Virus record (IMG/VR): IMGVR_UViG_3300013383_000014
Coordinates: 1-64,000 of that record
Source of the DNA: a virus
Lineage: Duplodnaviria; Caudoviricetes
DNA length: 64,000 nt
Direction: 5' to 3' (one strand)
Below the pieces are notes generated by a model. It ran no database searches. It was given only the letters and a program-made list of their open reading frames with translations, and had not been told where the DNA came from. Numbering within the stretch: position 1 is the first letter of the stretch; each line of letters opens with the position of its first letter. This document shows positions 35,412-45,503 of this stretch, in pieces. The translations under genes and the position numbers were made by a program.

Positions 35412-36274
35412 TGAAAGATATTTTTGACTTTATCAGAAAACTAGAGAGCAAAATAAGACCAATTGCTTGCCAGATATTTATTGTAACTAAACCAAAAATA
35501 AGAGGCATAAGCCAATTCCACAAAAGCATAACAATCAGTCCTAGCCCAAAAATAAAAGCAACTGTAATAATTGCAATTATTGTAAAAGAAATTAATCCAG
35601 TTATTATTTGATCTTTTGTTTGCATATTACTCCAGATTTTTGAAATTGAGTTTTGAGTTTTTCTCTAAAAATATCCATTGCTACAACTACATCAGACTTG
35701 CCAATATAATAATAGTCAGACCAAACAGAAAATCTAGTCATTTTTACTTGAATTGTATATGCTTCTTTTTTATCGCATATAAGACGCATCATATATGGCT
35801 TTGTTACTCGACTTTCTATAATATCTATAATTGGTATATAGAGCATAACACAAGCTGCACATATAACAACAATAACAAAAATTGCAGAAAGAAAATTAAG
35901 CATTACTCGAAATATTTAATTATTGTGAAATCATCTCTTTTTCTATTAAGATAATCTTTAAAAGATTCTTTTCGATATTTAAGCTCTATTTCTCTAAGCT
36001 CCTTTACTTTATCTAGTGCGTCTATGTAATTTACATATTCATACTTTTTAAAAGGAGATAAGACATCTGCACGAGAACCTTCATATTCCCAAACAGAGTG
36101 AGAAATACCATCATCACAAACTTGCATTGTGTGTCTCTGAATATAAAAATGCTCGTTGTGTTCTACAATTCGAAATTGACAAACATCTTCATGATGTTTG
36201 TCATGATATATTGCCACTATTACACCTAGTGCGATAATAAGTAGTGTTGTTACAATTGTTAATGTTACCCACAT
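35365..36274 (-). other. three small membrane proteins (35365-35625, 35604-35903, 35903-36274)
   Basis: Hydrophobic segments; LWNWLMP.IFGL..I..WQA.G motif in the first. Confidence 0.6.
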
Positions 36275-36275
36275 A

Positions 36276-36701
36276 TTATTTTTGATTTATTTTGTTAATT
36301 ATATCAAAAGTACAGTTGTTTGTTATAAACTCCTCAAAATCAAAAACAAAATTTGCGCTATTTATTGGCATAATATTTTGATCCTTTTTAGGGTCTACAA
36401 CAAGTAATGTTATTGGCATATCTCTAGCACTAGCATAACCTAACTCCCAAGAAACGCCGGAGTCAGAATATTGCCCAAAATATATTGCAATAACAGCATC
36501 ACTATTTCTAAGAGCTTCAACATCCATATCATAAACTTTTTCAGCCCATTCAGAGTTAGTCATAATTTCTCCATTTGGAATTTTATGATCTCTAGGAAAG
36601 AAAAAGTCTGTTTCTGGAAATTGTTCCAAAAGAAAAGCGCGTAAGAGATTCAATTTTTCAATCTCTTCGTCATTAAAAAAGGGAGCAGCTACGTAAGTCA
36701 T
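36276..36701 (-). CDS. nucleoside 2-deoxyribosyltransferase family protein
   Basis: Y.AAPFF, D...L..SD.V.A, DSG..WE.GYA. Confidence 0.85.
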   Translation of the reverse strand: MTYVAAPFFNDEEIEKLNLLRAFLLEQFPETDFFFPRDHKIPNGEIMTNSEWAEKVYDMDVEALRNSDAVIAIYFGQYSDSGVSWELGYASARDMPITLLVVDPKKDQNIMPINSANFVFDFEEFITNNCTFDIINKINQK

Positions 36702-36880
36702 AATTTATTTTATTTGTAACAAAAGTCCAATTTTCTCCTATTTCTGGTCTTTTGAGAACTTTATCCCAAGATTGGTCATTATCCAGAAACTCTTTTAATT
36801 TTACGAGATCCTTTGTAACAAGTAATCCCACCCAATTTTTATCAATAACAAAATATTCCATAATTGTTTTTATTTAACGG

Positions 36881-36954
36881 TGTGTCTGATGAGACTTGAA
36901 CTCATGACCCTGATATTAAAAGTATCATGCGCTAACCAACTGCGCCACAGACAC
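36881..36954 (-). tRNA. tRNA-Lys(UUU)
   Basis: Full cloverleaf; TGATA-CTTTTAA-TATCA. Confidence 0.92.
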
Positions 36955-36963
36955 ATACCGGAA

Positions 36964-38098
36964 TTAGAAACTCTTTTTAACAGGATATTGTTGACTCCAG
37001 ACGACCTTTATTTTATTTGAAACAATATGTCCAGTTATTTTATTTTTAAAATAGATTGTGCCTTTCGGAATAATACAATTAACGATACAATTTGCTGAAG
37101 ATTTATAACGTTCAGGGTGTGGAATATACGAATGAAAACCTTCGTCTATTACAAGTAATTTTTTACATATTGGGAGACGTCCATATCCAAGGTCAAAAGG
37201 ACTCATACGCTCTTCTTTTCCTAGAGTGTAAACTTTTCCATAAAACTCAGAAATAAACTGATTATCAGCAACTTTATTTTTTGTCATGAATTTTATCACT
37301 TGAATATCCTTAAAAGCAATCCGAAAATCAGTTATTTTACCAATCCAACACATAATTTATTAAGATGCTAAGATAACATGTTCTTTATCATAAGGGTCTT
37401 CCAGAACGCTTGCAATATCACCCTCGTGATCCTCAATACCATCACAAACAAGCATAAGAACTTTTGCTTCGGGGTTCATTTTAGAAAGTTCATTAATTAA
37501 TTCTTTGATAGTCATATTTTATTTATAATAAAAATTAAACAATTGGAGATGTTATAAGAATCGCAGGTTCCACATCACGTAAGTCTATTACAACATCTTC
37601 TATACCTCGTTCATACTTAACTCCATTCACATAAGTAACTAAAATAACCTCTGCATCAAAATCTAAACCACAGAGTGCATTATCAAGTTCTCTTACAGTC
37701 ATAATTATTTTATTTTAATTGAATATTCACATATATCATCATTGCACTCATCACAATGATCAACATACTTGTATTCTCCAACTCTTTGTGCAACATCTTG
37801 TAAGATTTGGATCACATCATCCTTATTTAAGTGCTCGATGACTTTTAAAAGTGTGTTTTTAATTTCTACTTCAGAAAGATCTTGTACGTCTTTTTTGTCT
37901 ATTGTAAGACTAAAACAAGTACAACCTTCAGTGTAAACTATTTTCATAATTATCTCATTTCGCAACAGCTGATAATTTCATCAACATCCCAATATTCATG
38001 CCTTATTTTTGTAATGGCATCTTCACGGGTTTCTGCTTCAGTCCAGCATTTGCTTGTATCGCCGAACTTGTCCTTGTAATAAACTTTCCAACTTTTCA
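36964..38098 (-). other. small hypothetical ORFs (36964-37353, 37360-37515, 37535-37702, 37705-~37947, ~37949-38098)
   Basis: ORF track and hand translation; two share an MT[IV][KR]EL N-terminus. Confidence 0.55.
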
Positions 38099-38123
38099 TA
38101 ACTATTTAATTTATAAGTGTTTG

Positions 38124-38221
38124 TAATTCCGGTTGGAGTCGAACCAACTACTTGCTGAGACTTCATCATCAGGGGCTGCCCTGACTTAGGCCATGCTGCT
38201 CTACCGTTGAGCTACGGAATC
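38124..38221 (-). ncRNA. tRNA-like RNA with expanded anticodon arm (98 nt)
   Basis: GATTCCG/CGGAATT acceptor, GCTC/GAGC D arm, GTTGG-TTCGACT-CCAAC T arm; ~43-nt domain with TCAGGG/CCCTGA hairpin instead of an anticodon. Confidence 0.8.
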
Positions 38222-38265
38222 AACCAAGTTTCTCCAATAAAACCAAACACATTACAATGGAGAAA

Positions 38266-41200
38266 CTATTTCTTCAACATTTCTACAAGTTCGTCTGCAT
38301 AAGATACGGCAGATTTTGAAAAATAATTCTCATCTGTATTTTTAGAACGCAATTCTCTTGCCGAATCACATCCAACTAGAGATGCCATTATCTGAATAGC
38401 GGCTTTTATCCGTATGCTTTCCCAATCAAACCCCTTATCCAGTTGTTCTTTTGGAGTGATATCTAGATGATAATTTAATTGGTCAAGAGTACTTGGGCAA
38501 CATTTAATTTCTCTTGGAGAATTTTCCCAAGTAACATCCTTGAATTCATTGAAATCAAGTTCGATAGAACCTTTTCTTACCTGGGTAAATATGCCGTCAA
38601 TTTTATCCTTAACAGGCTTAACTGAATAGGCATATAATTCTCCATTTCTATCTCTTGCTATCCACATAATTATCTTCCCTTTTTTTGTTAACCATATCCA
38701 ACCAAGTGTTCAGAGCATCAATTGCCTTGTCTGGAATCTCTTTTACCTTAGGATTGTCTTGACAATAATCAACTATTGTTCCTGCACCATAGATGAGGTA
38801 CAAGTCCTGTTTCGATGGAATGAGGCAGCAAAAAATACCAAAAATCAAGGCTGTAATACCGGATGTAATTGCCGATTTCTTAACTGTCTTAAAACAATAT
38901 GATTCTTTGCCGTCTGCAATTATGATAAAACAAGCAATTGAAAGCAATATGAACGCAAAAAACGCGACAATTGCAATAATGAACGACGCCGCACTAAAAC
39001 TTCCAAGAACTGTTATCCAATAAATTTCACTCATAATTATTCCTCCATAAATTTTATAAATTCCTTTTGTCCGTTCGGTAAAACATCCGAATCACGCAGC
39101 CAATCATCTATTCGACAATCTTCGGCAAGATAACCCTCGAACCATGACATAGCTTTTTGTGAAGCAGACTTATATCCTGCAAGAAAAGCCTTCATAACAG
39201 CGATGTTCATTGCGTTTTGAAAGTCGTTATCTGCAACAGAGTGATTTTCAACAAGATACTTATTTGCGAGTTCTATTGGTTTCATATTCTCCACTTCGTT
39301 TCAGCGCTTCAAGACATTCTATACAGATTGGTCTATTACGCCAAGTGATATACCCGAGACCATCAGTGCCAAAAGCAGGTCTTTTGTGGCATCGGGTACA
39401 TATTCGGTTTGATTTAAAATTCATTACAACAGCGGTTTGGCGGTTTCCAAGAGGTCCTTGAAGACATTGATAAACTCCTCAGCCGTGGTCATGTATTCAA
39501 AAGACAACCCGCACGAATTAAGTATCATATCACTCACCATTACCTTGCCGCCCTGTGACATGATTTTAAAGCGCAGAGGCATTCTTTTACAGTCTTTTAC
39601 CCAAGCATTCCGCAGCTGAATCAGCTTCATGTAGGCAATGAAAGCCTCACAGAGTTCTTTTGACATTCCGCATTGTAGAAATTCTGAGTTATTGCCGATA
39701 TATGCATTTATTTTGATGCTTGCGTCTTGAATCGGACGGCTCTTTTTAAGATATTCCTCCCAAGACATCGGTCTGTCGTTGGAGTTGTACCAATTCGCAT
39801 ATTCAGCAGAACGCCTGCCCCAAACCTCGTTTCCCTGTGCGGTCAATTCATAGTCAAATGCGGTGATTATAAAATCTCCGTCATACGAGGTGTGCTTCAA
39901 TCCTTGTTTGAAGCTATTCTCGTAAAACTCATTTTTCCACGGCTGCTTGTCGAGCCATCCTAAAATCTGTTCCTTTGTTTTCATATCTTAAAATTGTCTG
40001 CTAAATCGTTAAATCCAAGAATCCTCAAAATATTCTGCAATTCATGAACTGCGGAAAATGAAGCCACAGAATCACCGTGAATATATTGCTCGTGGCTGTC
40101 GCTAATATACCAATGCTCCTGATTCTCATCACATGAAATATGCAGCTCTTTAGGGTTCTTATAATATCCCGCAAAGTACTTTTCAAATTCATTCTTTTTA
40201 AGAATGTTTGAAGTGATTGGTATCTGCCCGACTTTATCTATTTCTACACAGACATTGTCGTTTAATGTACCGATTGTTACATAGTGTTCAGAAATTCCTA
40301 TAACCTTGCCATAAAGAAATTCCGTTGTTGGCGTTTCAAATTCTACCCAATCACCCAACATTAACTCGCTTGCTTTCATAACTCTATTTCTTTAATTCAT
40401 CAATAAGGGCATCAGCAAATTCAACTGCGTGTTTCGCCTCGCTTTCATAAGATTTTCCACAGTGGTTCGGATTGGAAATAAGGGCAGCCAAGGTGTCCCT
40501 TGCAATTTCATACCTGCGCTGCTCCCAATCAATCTGCTTGTTGTAATTACAATCAGTCGAGTGCTCCCGACAATACTTTGTTACAGATTCATAGAAAGAT
40601 TGTTCTAACTGTGTCATCATAGCTCTATATTTCTACAGATTCATCATCCCAAGTGATATGCTTTCCGATGAGTTTTTCATCGGCATCTGAAGGGAGTGCT
40701 ATTCCGAAATCATCGTCATACACATTAAAGGCGATGTAAGCGTCAGTTCTCCATCTGCCAAAATTGTCCCTTGTTGGTTTTTCCCCAAATATTCCGAGAG
40801 TTTCATCACTATCTCTTGCTATCCATGCCATAATTTTACTTTTTAGATTTGCATAAGCGGGTCCAATGGGCGTAAGAACGGTTGCTTTTCAAGGTCTGAA
40901 ATCCTTTTCAGATTCTTGATTTCATTTCTTATTTCCTGATTATTCATAACTATTCCTCCCATTCAAGATATTCTTCTTTTAATATTTTTATGTTTGGCTG
41001 GTTATTTTTGAATTGCTCCACTTCCGGATATGTTATAAAATCAGCTGTTCCAATTGCGCCACAAGGATATCTGTATATAACTATCCATACACCATGCTTT
41101 TCTGGAGCAAAAAACAATCGTTGTTGATCACTATTACTAGATTTTCCATTCTTAGTATATAATGTAGTTATTTCGTTTCCGTCAGATGTAACAAGCGCAA

Positions 41201-42403
41201 CAATTGGTTTGCCATCCTTGTTATTTCTGTCAGTTGCAATTATACGCACTGATCTATCAAAATCATCTACTATTTTCCTATCTGGATTTTTCAGATATTC
41301 TTCAAGTGAAAATGGTTTCATTATTTTTCTTTTTTAAATAAATAAATATAAATATCAAGCATTAAAAGAACAATGCCTGTTCCCGACATTGCAATCGTGG
41401 CCCAAACAGGCATCCATGATGAAAACACACAAATTGTTACAACAATCGAGTAAAACATACTCAACCATCCGAATAATCTACTAAAATCAAACTTTTTCAT
41501 TATTTTGTTATTAAAACCCATTTTGTTGTTCGATCTTCTATTTCAATCTTACAACCAACTGGTAATTTCCATTTTTTAATAATTCGTCTAATAATCGATT
41601 TTATGGACTTATTTTTAAATGCCGCATAAGAAGCAGTGTGAATGTCGTTCTCAAACGGAATTGTCCAAAAATCATATTCTTCGTTATACCAACAAGTACT
41701 ATTACCTAGATAAATATCGACGATCCAATATCCGTATTTTCTTCGAGAGTAGTCGTTATAACTTTTATATGGCATATTTCCTATGCCATTTTTTAGCACA
41801 GAAACATGCCTACAAGGCACGAACTCTGGAAGAGTGGGTACTTGTGTTATCTCGTCATAAAGATCGCCTGTAAGATTGTTTGTATAACGGCTAGCAAGCC
41901 ATTCTCTAATAAAAGATAGGTTGCAATTGTGATAAAGATAATTGTCGAATATCACGGGAGAATTAAAAATTGGTACACAACCATCCTTAAAATCCTCTTC
42001 TTTCCAATTAAAGATATAATCAGAGATAACTACTTTTGCTCCTCTAGGAGTTATAAAAGATCTATCTTTTGCCCAATCACAAAAAGTCTTGTAATCAGCA
42101 TAGCTATCTACATAGCACTTATCTATCGCTGCCATAAACTTTTATTTTAAATTGTTCTAAAATAGATTTTGGTTCAAAAATAGTACAAGAATCAAGGAGA
42201 TCTTCAAGAATTTCTACACATTCATCTTTTGTGTCTTTTTCAAATTCTTTTATCTCTTCAATTGCGATATGACCAAGTTCTTCACAGTGATCAACATAAC
42301 AATCGTCAGCATAATTAAGAACATCGAGAAGGTTTTCTTTTTCATCAGAATCAGACATAGCAAGTACTAACTTATATGCCTGTGAGATATTATCGTAATT
42401 CAT
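38266..42403 (-). other. run of small accessory ORFs typical of Bacteroidota phages (38266-38667, 38648-39034 membrane, 39037-~39285, 39424-39984, 39981-40379 YopX-like, 40384-40620, 40625-40831, 40950-41321, 41321-41500, 41500-42135, 42119-42403)
   Basis: ORF track; WIARD, DWEQRRYE, ELM.GDWV, KPF.LEEY motifs. Confidence 0.65.
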
Positions 42404-42478
42404 AATTTTAAAAATAAAAAGGGTGATGAAATCGGAATTTCACCACCCAAACAAACAATTAAAACAATATTATGAAAG

Positions 42479-42595
42479 TGGGTCCCACAGTTGGAATTGC
42501 ACCAACGACCCCGAGATTATCAGTCTAAAAGATAATGCGGAAATAACCAAAACTGGCTATTTTATAACGTGCTCTACTACTGAGCTATGTGGGAC
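42479..42595 (-). ncRNA. tRNA-like RNA (117 nt) with a two-hairpin domain replacing the anticodon arm, G-1:C73 pair and encoded CCA
   Basis: G-TCCCACA/TGTGGGA-C-CCA; GCTC/GAGC D arm; GTTGG-TGCAATT-CCAAC T arm; insert hairpins AAATAGCCA/TGGTTATTT and ATTATC/GATAAT. Confidence 0.8.
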
Positions 42596-42628
42596 TTTAT
42601 ATAAAAGAGATGTCCGGGAGGGTGAATT

Positions 42629-44026
42629 CTACAGAATTATCTGAGAATATCTCTCGGAATTTATTGTTCTTAGCATAACTGCCATAGGAGAAAGATCGTC
42701 TCCACCAAGAACTGATTGTACAATTGCTGGCGAGTAACCAGAAACAAGAGCGCAATTCTTATCAGCAAGAGTAACAGGCATATTATTGCCACGTCCTTCT
42801 ATATTCCAAAAAATCAACCCAGGCCTTTCATAGCCTGCATTTTTAAACTTCTCCTCGATTGCTTCAAAATTCGTCTTATCTGCCTGATTCATAACACAAT
42901 CAATCTCCATATCACTAAGTATCAATAACTTAGTAGGAAGATCTTCTTGAGAAAGATGACATTCTATTACTCGCCTAAGAATAAGATCAAAAACTGCTTG
43001 CAAGTCTGTGTTATAACCCTGTATATAGTTTTTAATATATTCAAATTTTGCAAATATGTCATTGCCGGTAAGAGTAACTATTTCTGGTTTTTCTGAGAAG
43101 GTCATAAAACAGTTATGAAATGGGCCTTCATTGTGTTCTGCAAGATATACTCCGAGAGCAACTGAAACATCGATTGGTTGTACCTTCTGTGCAGGGTTTC
43201 CCCATTTCATACTACCAGAAACATCACAAATTGGCATAATGCGCTCCTTGCAACCAGCCATAAAGTTTGGCATATTATTCCAAAGTGCTCGAACTGCATC
43301 TTCTTTTAAAGTACCATGTCGATAATCTGCATATATATCACTTGGAAAGAGAACCGATGCGTTAATTTTTTGCTTGCCATTGTTAACTGCTTGTAAATAA
43401 GCAGAATAACGAGCAGGATCGTGCCTCCCAAATGTTCCAGAGTAAATACGTGATGCCACACTAGGAACGGTACTATACTCAATCTTGCTCCATTTTCTAG
43501 CACACATTAATTGTTCTACAACTTGTGTTCTATTCACAATATGATGCCTAAAAACAGTTGGAGTAAATCCAAGGAATTGACGCAGTTTCAAAAACCACAA
43601 ACCCTTTCGAGGACAATATTTTGCACAAAGTGAATGATCTTCTTCGTTAATAAGCGTGTTAGCTATATAACGAACAGGTTCATCTGTTGGTTGAAGTTTG
43701 TAAAGATCTTTCCAATATCCATATTCCGGAACTAATCTGAAGATTTTTGAAAAGATTTCAGGCCTATGTTCTTGCAACCAAGAAAGACAAATCTGAAAAT
43801 TCTTTTTTGTACCAGCACCACCTCGGCAATCACGGGACCAAAATAAGATCCGAATTGCTAATTGCTCATTTTCTCCAAACGCGGAAAGAAAAGAGCCTAA
43901 CATATCTTGGTGATTTCCTGCAATTGCAAAGAAATCTAGACATTTGTTGAGTGTTGTACTGTTTGTGATTGCACCGTTTGCTGTGTGAGCATTTTTGGTG
44001 CTGATTGCTGAAATGAAGTTATCCAT
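42629..44026 (-). CDS. DUF2828 family protein (TROVE/Ro60-related helical domain plus vWA)
   Basis: NGA.T.STT..CLDFF, RDCRGGAG, EYGYWKDL, AKY.PR, Y..VPS.A, DVSGSM MIDAS, SDME.D, IFWN, SGYSP. Confidence 0.85.
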   Translation of the reverse strand: MDNFISAISTKNAHTANGAITNSTTLNKCLDFFAIAGNHQDMLGSFLSAFGENEQLAIRILFWSRDCRGGAGTKKNFQICLSWLQEHRPEIFSKIFRLVPEYGYWKDLYKLQPTDEPVRYIANTLINEEDHSLCAKYCPRKGLWFLKLRQFLGFTPTVFRHHIVNRTQVVEQLMCARKWSKIEYSTVPSVASRIYSGTFGRHDPARYSAYLQAVNNGKQKINASVLFPSDIYADYRHGTLKEDAVRALWNNMPNFMAGCKERIMPICDVSGSMKWGNPAQKVQPIDVSVALGVYLAEHNEGPFHNCFMTFSEKPEIVTLTGNDIFAKFEYIKNYIQGYNTDLQAVFDLILRRVIECHLSQEDLPTKLLILSDMEIDCVMNQADKTNFEAIEEKFKNAGYERPGLIFWNIEGRGNNMPVTLADKNCALVSGYSPAIVQSVLGGDDLSPMAVMLRTINSERYSQIIL

Positions 44027-44103
44027 AATAAAAAGAAAAAAGACTAGGGGAGAATGTGCAATACGGAATAAACACCCTCCCCTAGTCTGTTAAAAGGAAG
44101 TGT

Positions 44104-44209
44104 GAAATCATGAATTTTAGCTAAAAAATGCTGAATTATTCCAAAAATACAGGTTGTTTTTTAATGATTTTATAGCAAAATAGTAAAAATAAGAATGCTG
44201 AAACAACCT
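44104..44209 (-). ncRNA. two tandem stem-UCAGCA hairpin elements (44151-44209 and 44104-44142), candidate Y-RNA-like ligands
   Basis: AGGTTGTT-TCAGCA...AACAACCT and GGAATAAT-TCAGCA...ATGATTTC directly upstream of the DUF2828 gene. Confidence 0.5.
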
Positions 44210-44238
44210 TAAAGAGTTTCGCCGTAATACAAAACTAG

Positions 44239-44313
44239 ATGCGGGAGTAGGGCTCGAACCTACGTAGATCGGCTTATGAGACCGAGCTGGGACCATCTCC
44301 AGTCTATCCCGCA
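44239..44313 (-). tRNA. tRNA with CAU anticodon (Met; Ile2 not excluded)
   Basis: TGCGGGA/TCCCGCA; TCGGT-CTCATAA-GCCGA; atypical D arm. Confidence 0.85.
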
Positions 44314-44361
44314 ATAAAATAGGTTGGTAGCATCATAAATAAAATGCCACCAACCCAAAAA

Positions 44362-44544
44362 ACAAGTAAATTGACGAGGTACGGACTAGCTCACTTATTG
44401 AGCCTGTTGCGTTCCATCATATGCTCCCTCACGAGAGTCAACACGTTATTAGCGACAACCCTGGTTTATAACTGGTTTCATAACACATAGCCATTGTCCG
44501 GAATAGCTATATGTACCTCGCTCGTAATAGTGGTCTGTACTTGT
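44362..44544 (-). ncRNA. unassigned multibranch structured RNA within the tRNA cluster
   Basis: Closing stems ACAAGTA/TACTTGT and CGAGGTAC/GTACCTCG; internal hairpins ACATATAGCTATT/AATGGCTATGTGT, CTCTC/GGGAG, GCTCA/TGAGC. Confidence 0.6.
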
Positions 44545-44586
44545 GAAAATTAATTTTAAAAATCCAATATAACGAATTGGATTTTG

Positions 44587-44671
44587 TACCAAAAGCGGGA
44601 CTCGAACCCGCACGGGCCTTTCGGCCCAGTGAATTTTAAGTCCACCTCGGCTTCCATTACGACATTTTGGC
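44587..44671 (-). tRNA. tRNA-Leu(UAA)
   Basis: Cloverleaf with long variable arm GGGCC-GAAA-GGCCC. Confidence 0.92.
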
Positions 44672-44676
44672 AAAAG

Positions 44677-44749
44677 TTGAGATATTCTGACTCGAACAGA
44701 AATTCCAAGAACCAAAATCTTGTGTGCTAACCCATTGCACCATATCTCA
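44677..44749 (-). tRNA. tRNA-Gln(UUG)
   Basis: CAAGA-TTTTGGT-TCTTG; U1-A72. Confidence 0.9.
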
Positions 44750-44781
44750 ATAACAGTAAGTTTAAGGATTACTTACAACCA

Positions 44782-44789
44782 CAAATATA
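44782..44789 (-). promoter_or_regulatory. Bacteroidota-type promoter (TATATTTG) for the tRNA/ncRNA/DUF2828 unit
   Basis: TAnnTTTG with TTTG upstream, ~30 nt before tRNA-Gln. Confidence 0.65.
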
Positions 44790-44942
44790 AAAAGAAATTG
44801 CGATTATTTCAAAATTTTGTTTCGTTATTATCATCAGGGAATTTTTCCTCGGGTTTTTCATAGCCTATGTTAGCAAGGATTGCACAAATTCCCCAGATAA
44901 TAAATGGAAGAGCAATAATTATGCCAACTATTTTTGCGTACA

Positions 44943-45503
44943 TTATTTCACAATTTTATCTACAAGACCGTAAGAGACTGCCTCTTCTGCGGAAAACCAA
45001 CGATCTCTATCAAAATCATTCCAGATCTGGTCAAAAGATTGTTTAGTTTTATCTGCAAGAATCTGACAGAGTTCTTTCTTCATTTTTTCAAGTTCTTTCA
45101 TATCGATGAGCATATCTGATGCTTTTCCTTCAGTCCAACCAGATGGCTGATGAATAAGAACCCGTGAATGAGGAAGAATGGATCGTGTAGCACCGTTTAC
45201 GAGAAGAATTGAACCCATTGAAGCTGCCATGCCAATGCATATAGAATTAACTGGAGATTTAATTAGGTTCATTGTATCGTAGATTGCTAGACCAGCAGAA
45301 ACAGAACCACCAGGAGTATTGAGGTAGAGTTGGATAGGTTCGTGTGATTGTGAGTCTAGATAGAGGAGTTGCGCAATTATTGTATTGGCAACATCATCGT
45401 CTATTGGCATGCCAAGAAAGACTATCCTGTCTTTTTGGAGCCGAGAAAACACATCTAGTGTTATTAGATGTGTGTTTCCAGATTCAAGTATGAATGGAGT
45501 CAT
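44943..45503 (-). CDS. clpP: ATP-dependent Clp protease proteolytic subunit
   Basis: DVFSRL..DRI.FL, AQLL.L, YLNTPGG.V..G.AIYD, GMAASMG, IHQP, RD.W.SA.EA..YGL.D. Confidence 0.95.
   Translation of the reverse strand: MTPFILESGNTHLITLDVFSRLQKDRIVFLGMPIDDDVANTIIAQLLYLDSQSHEPIQLYLNTPGGSVSAGLAIYDTMNLIKSPVNSICIGMAASMGSILLVNGATRSILPHSRVLIHQPSGWTEGKASDMLIDMKELEKMKKELCQILADKTKQSFDQIWNDFDRDRWFSAEEAVSYGLVDKIVK

Noticed and set aside
38155-38196. Hammerhead ribozyme or C/D box in the tRNA insert (CUGAUGA present)
   Set aside because: No stem II followed by GAAA and no NUH site in the right arrangement; CUGA is paired in the hairpin
44117-44715. Track ORFs 44117-44314 and 44449-44715
   Set aside because: They run through tRNA genes and structured RNA
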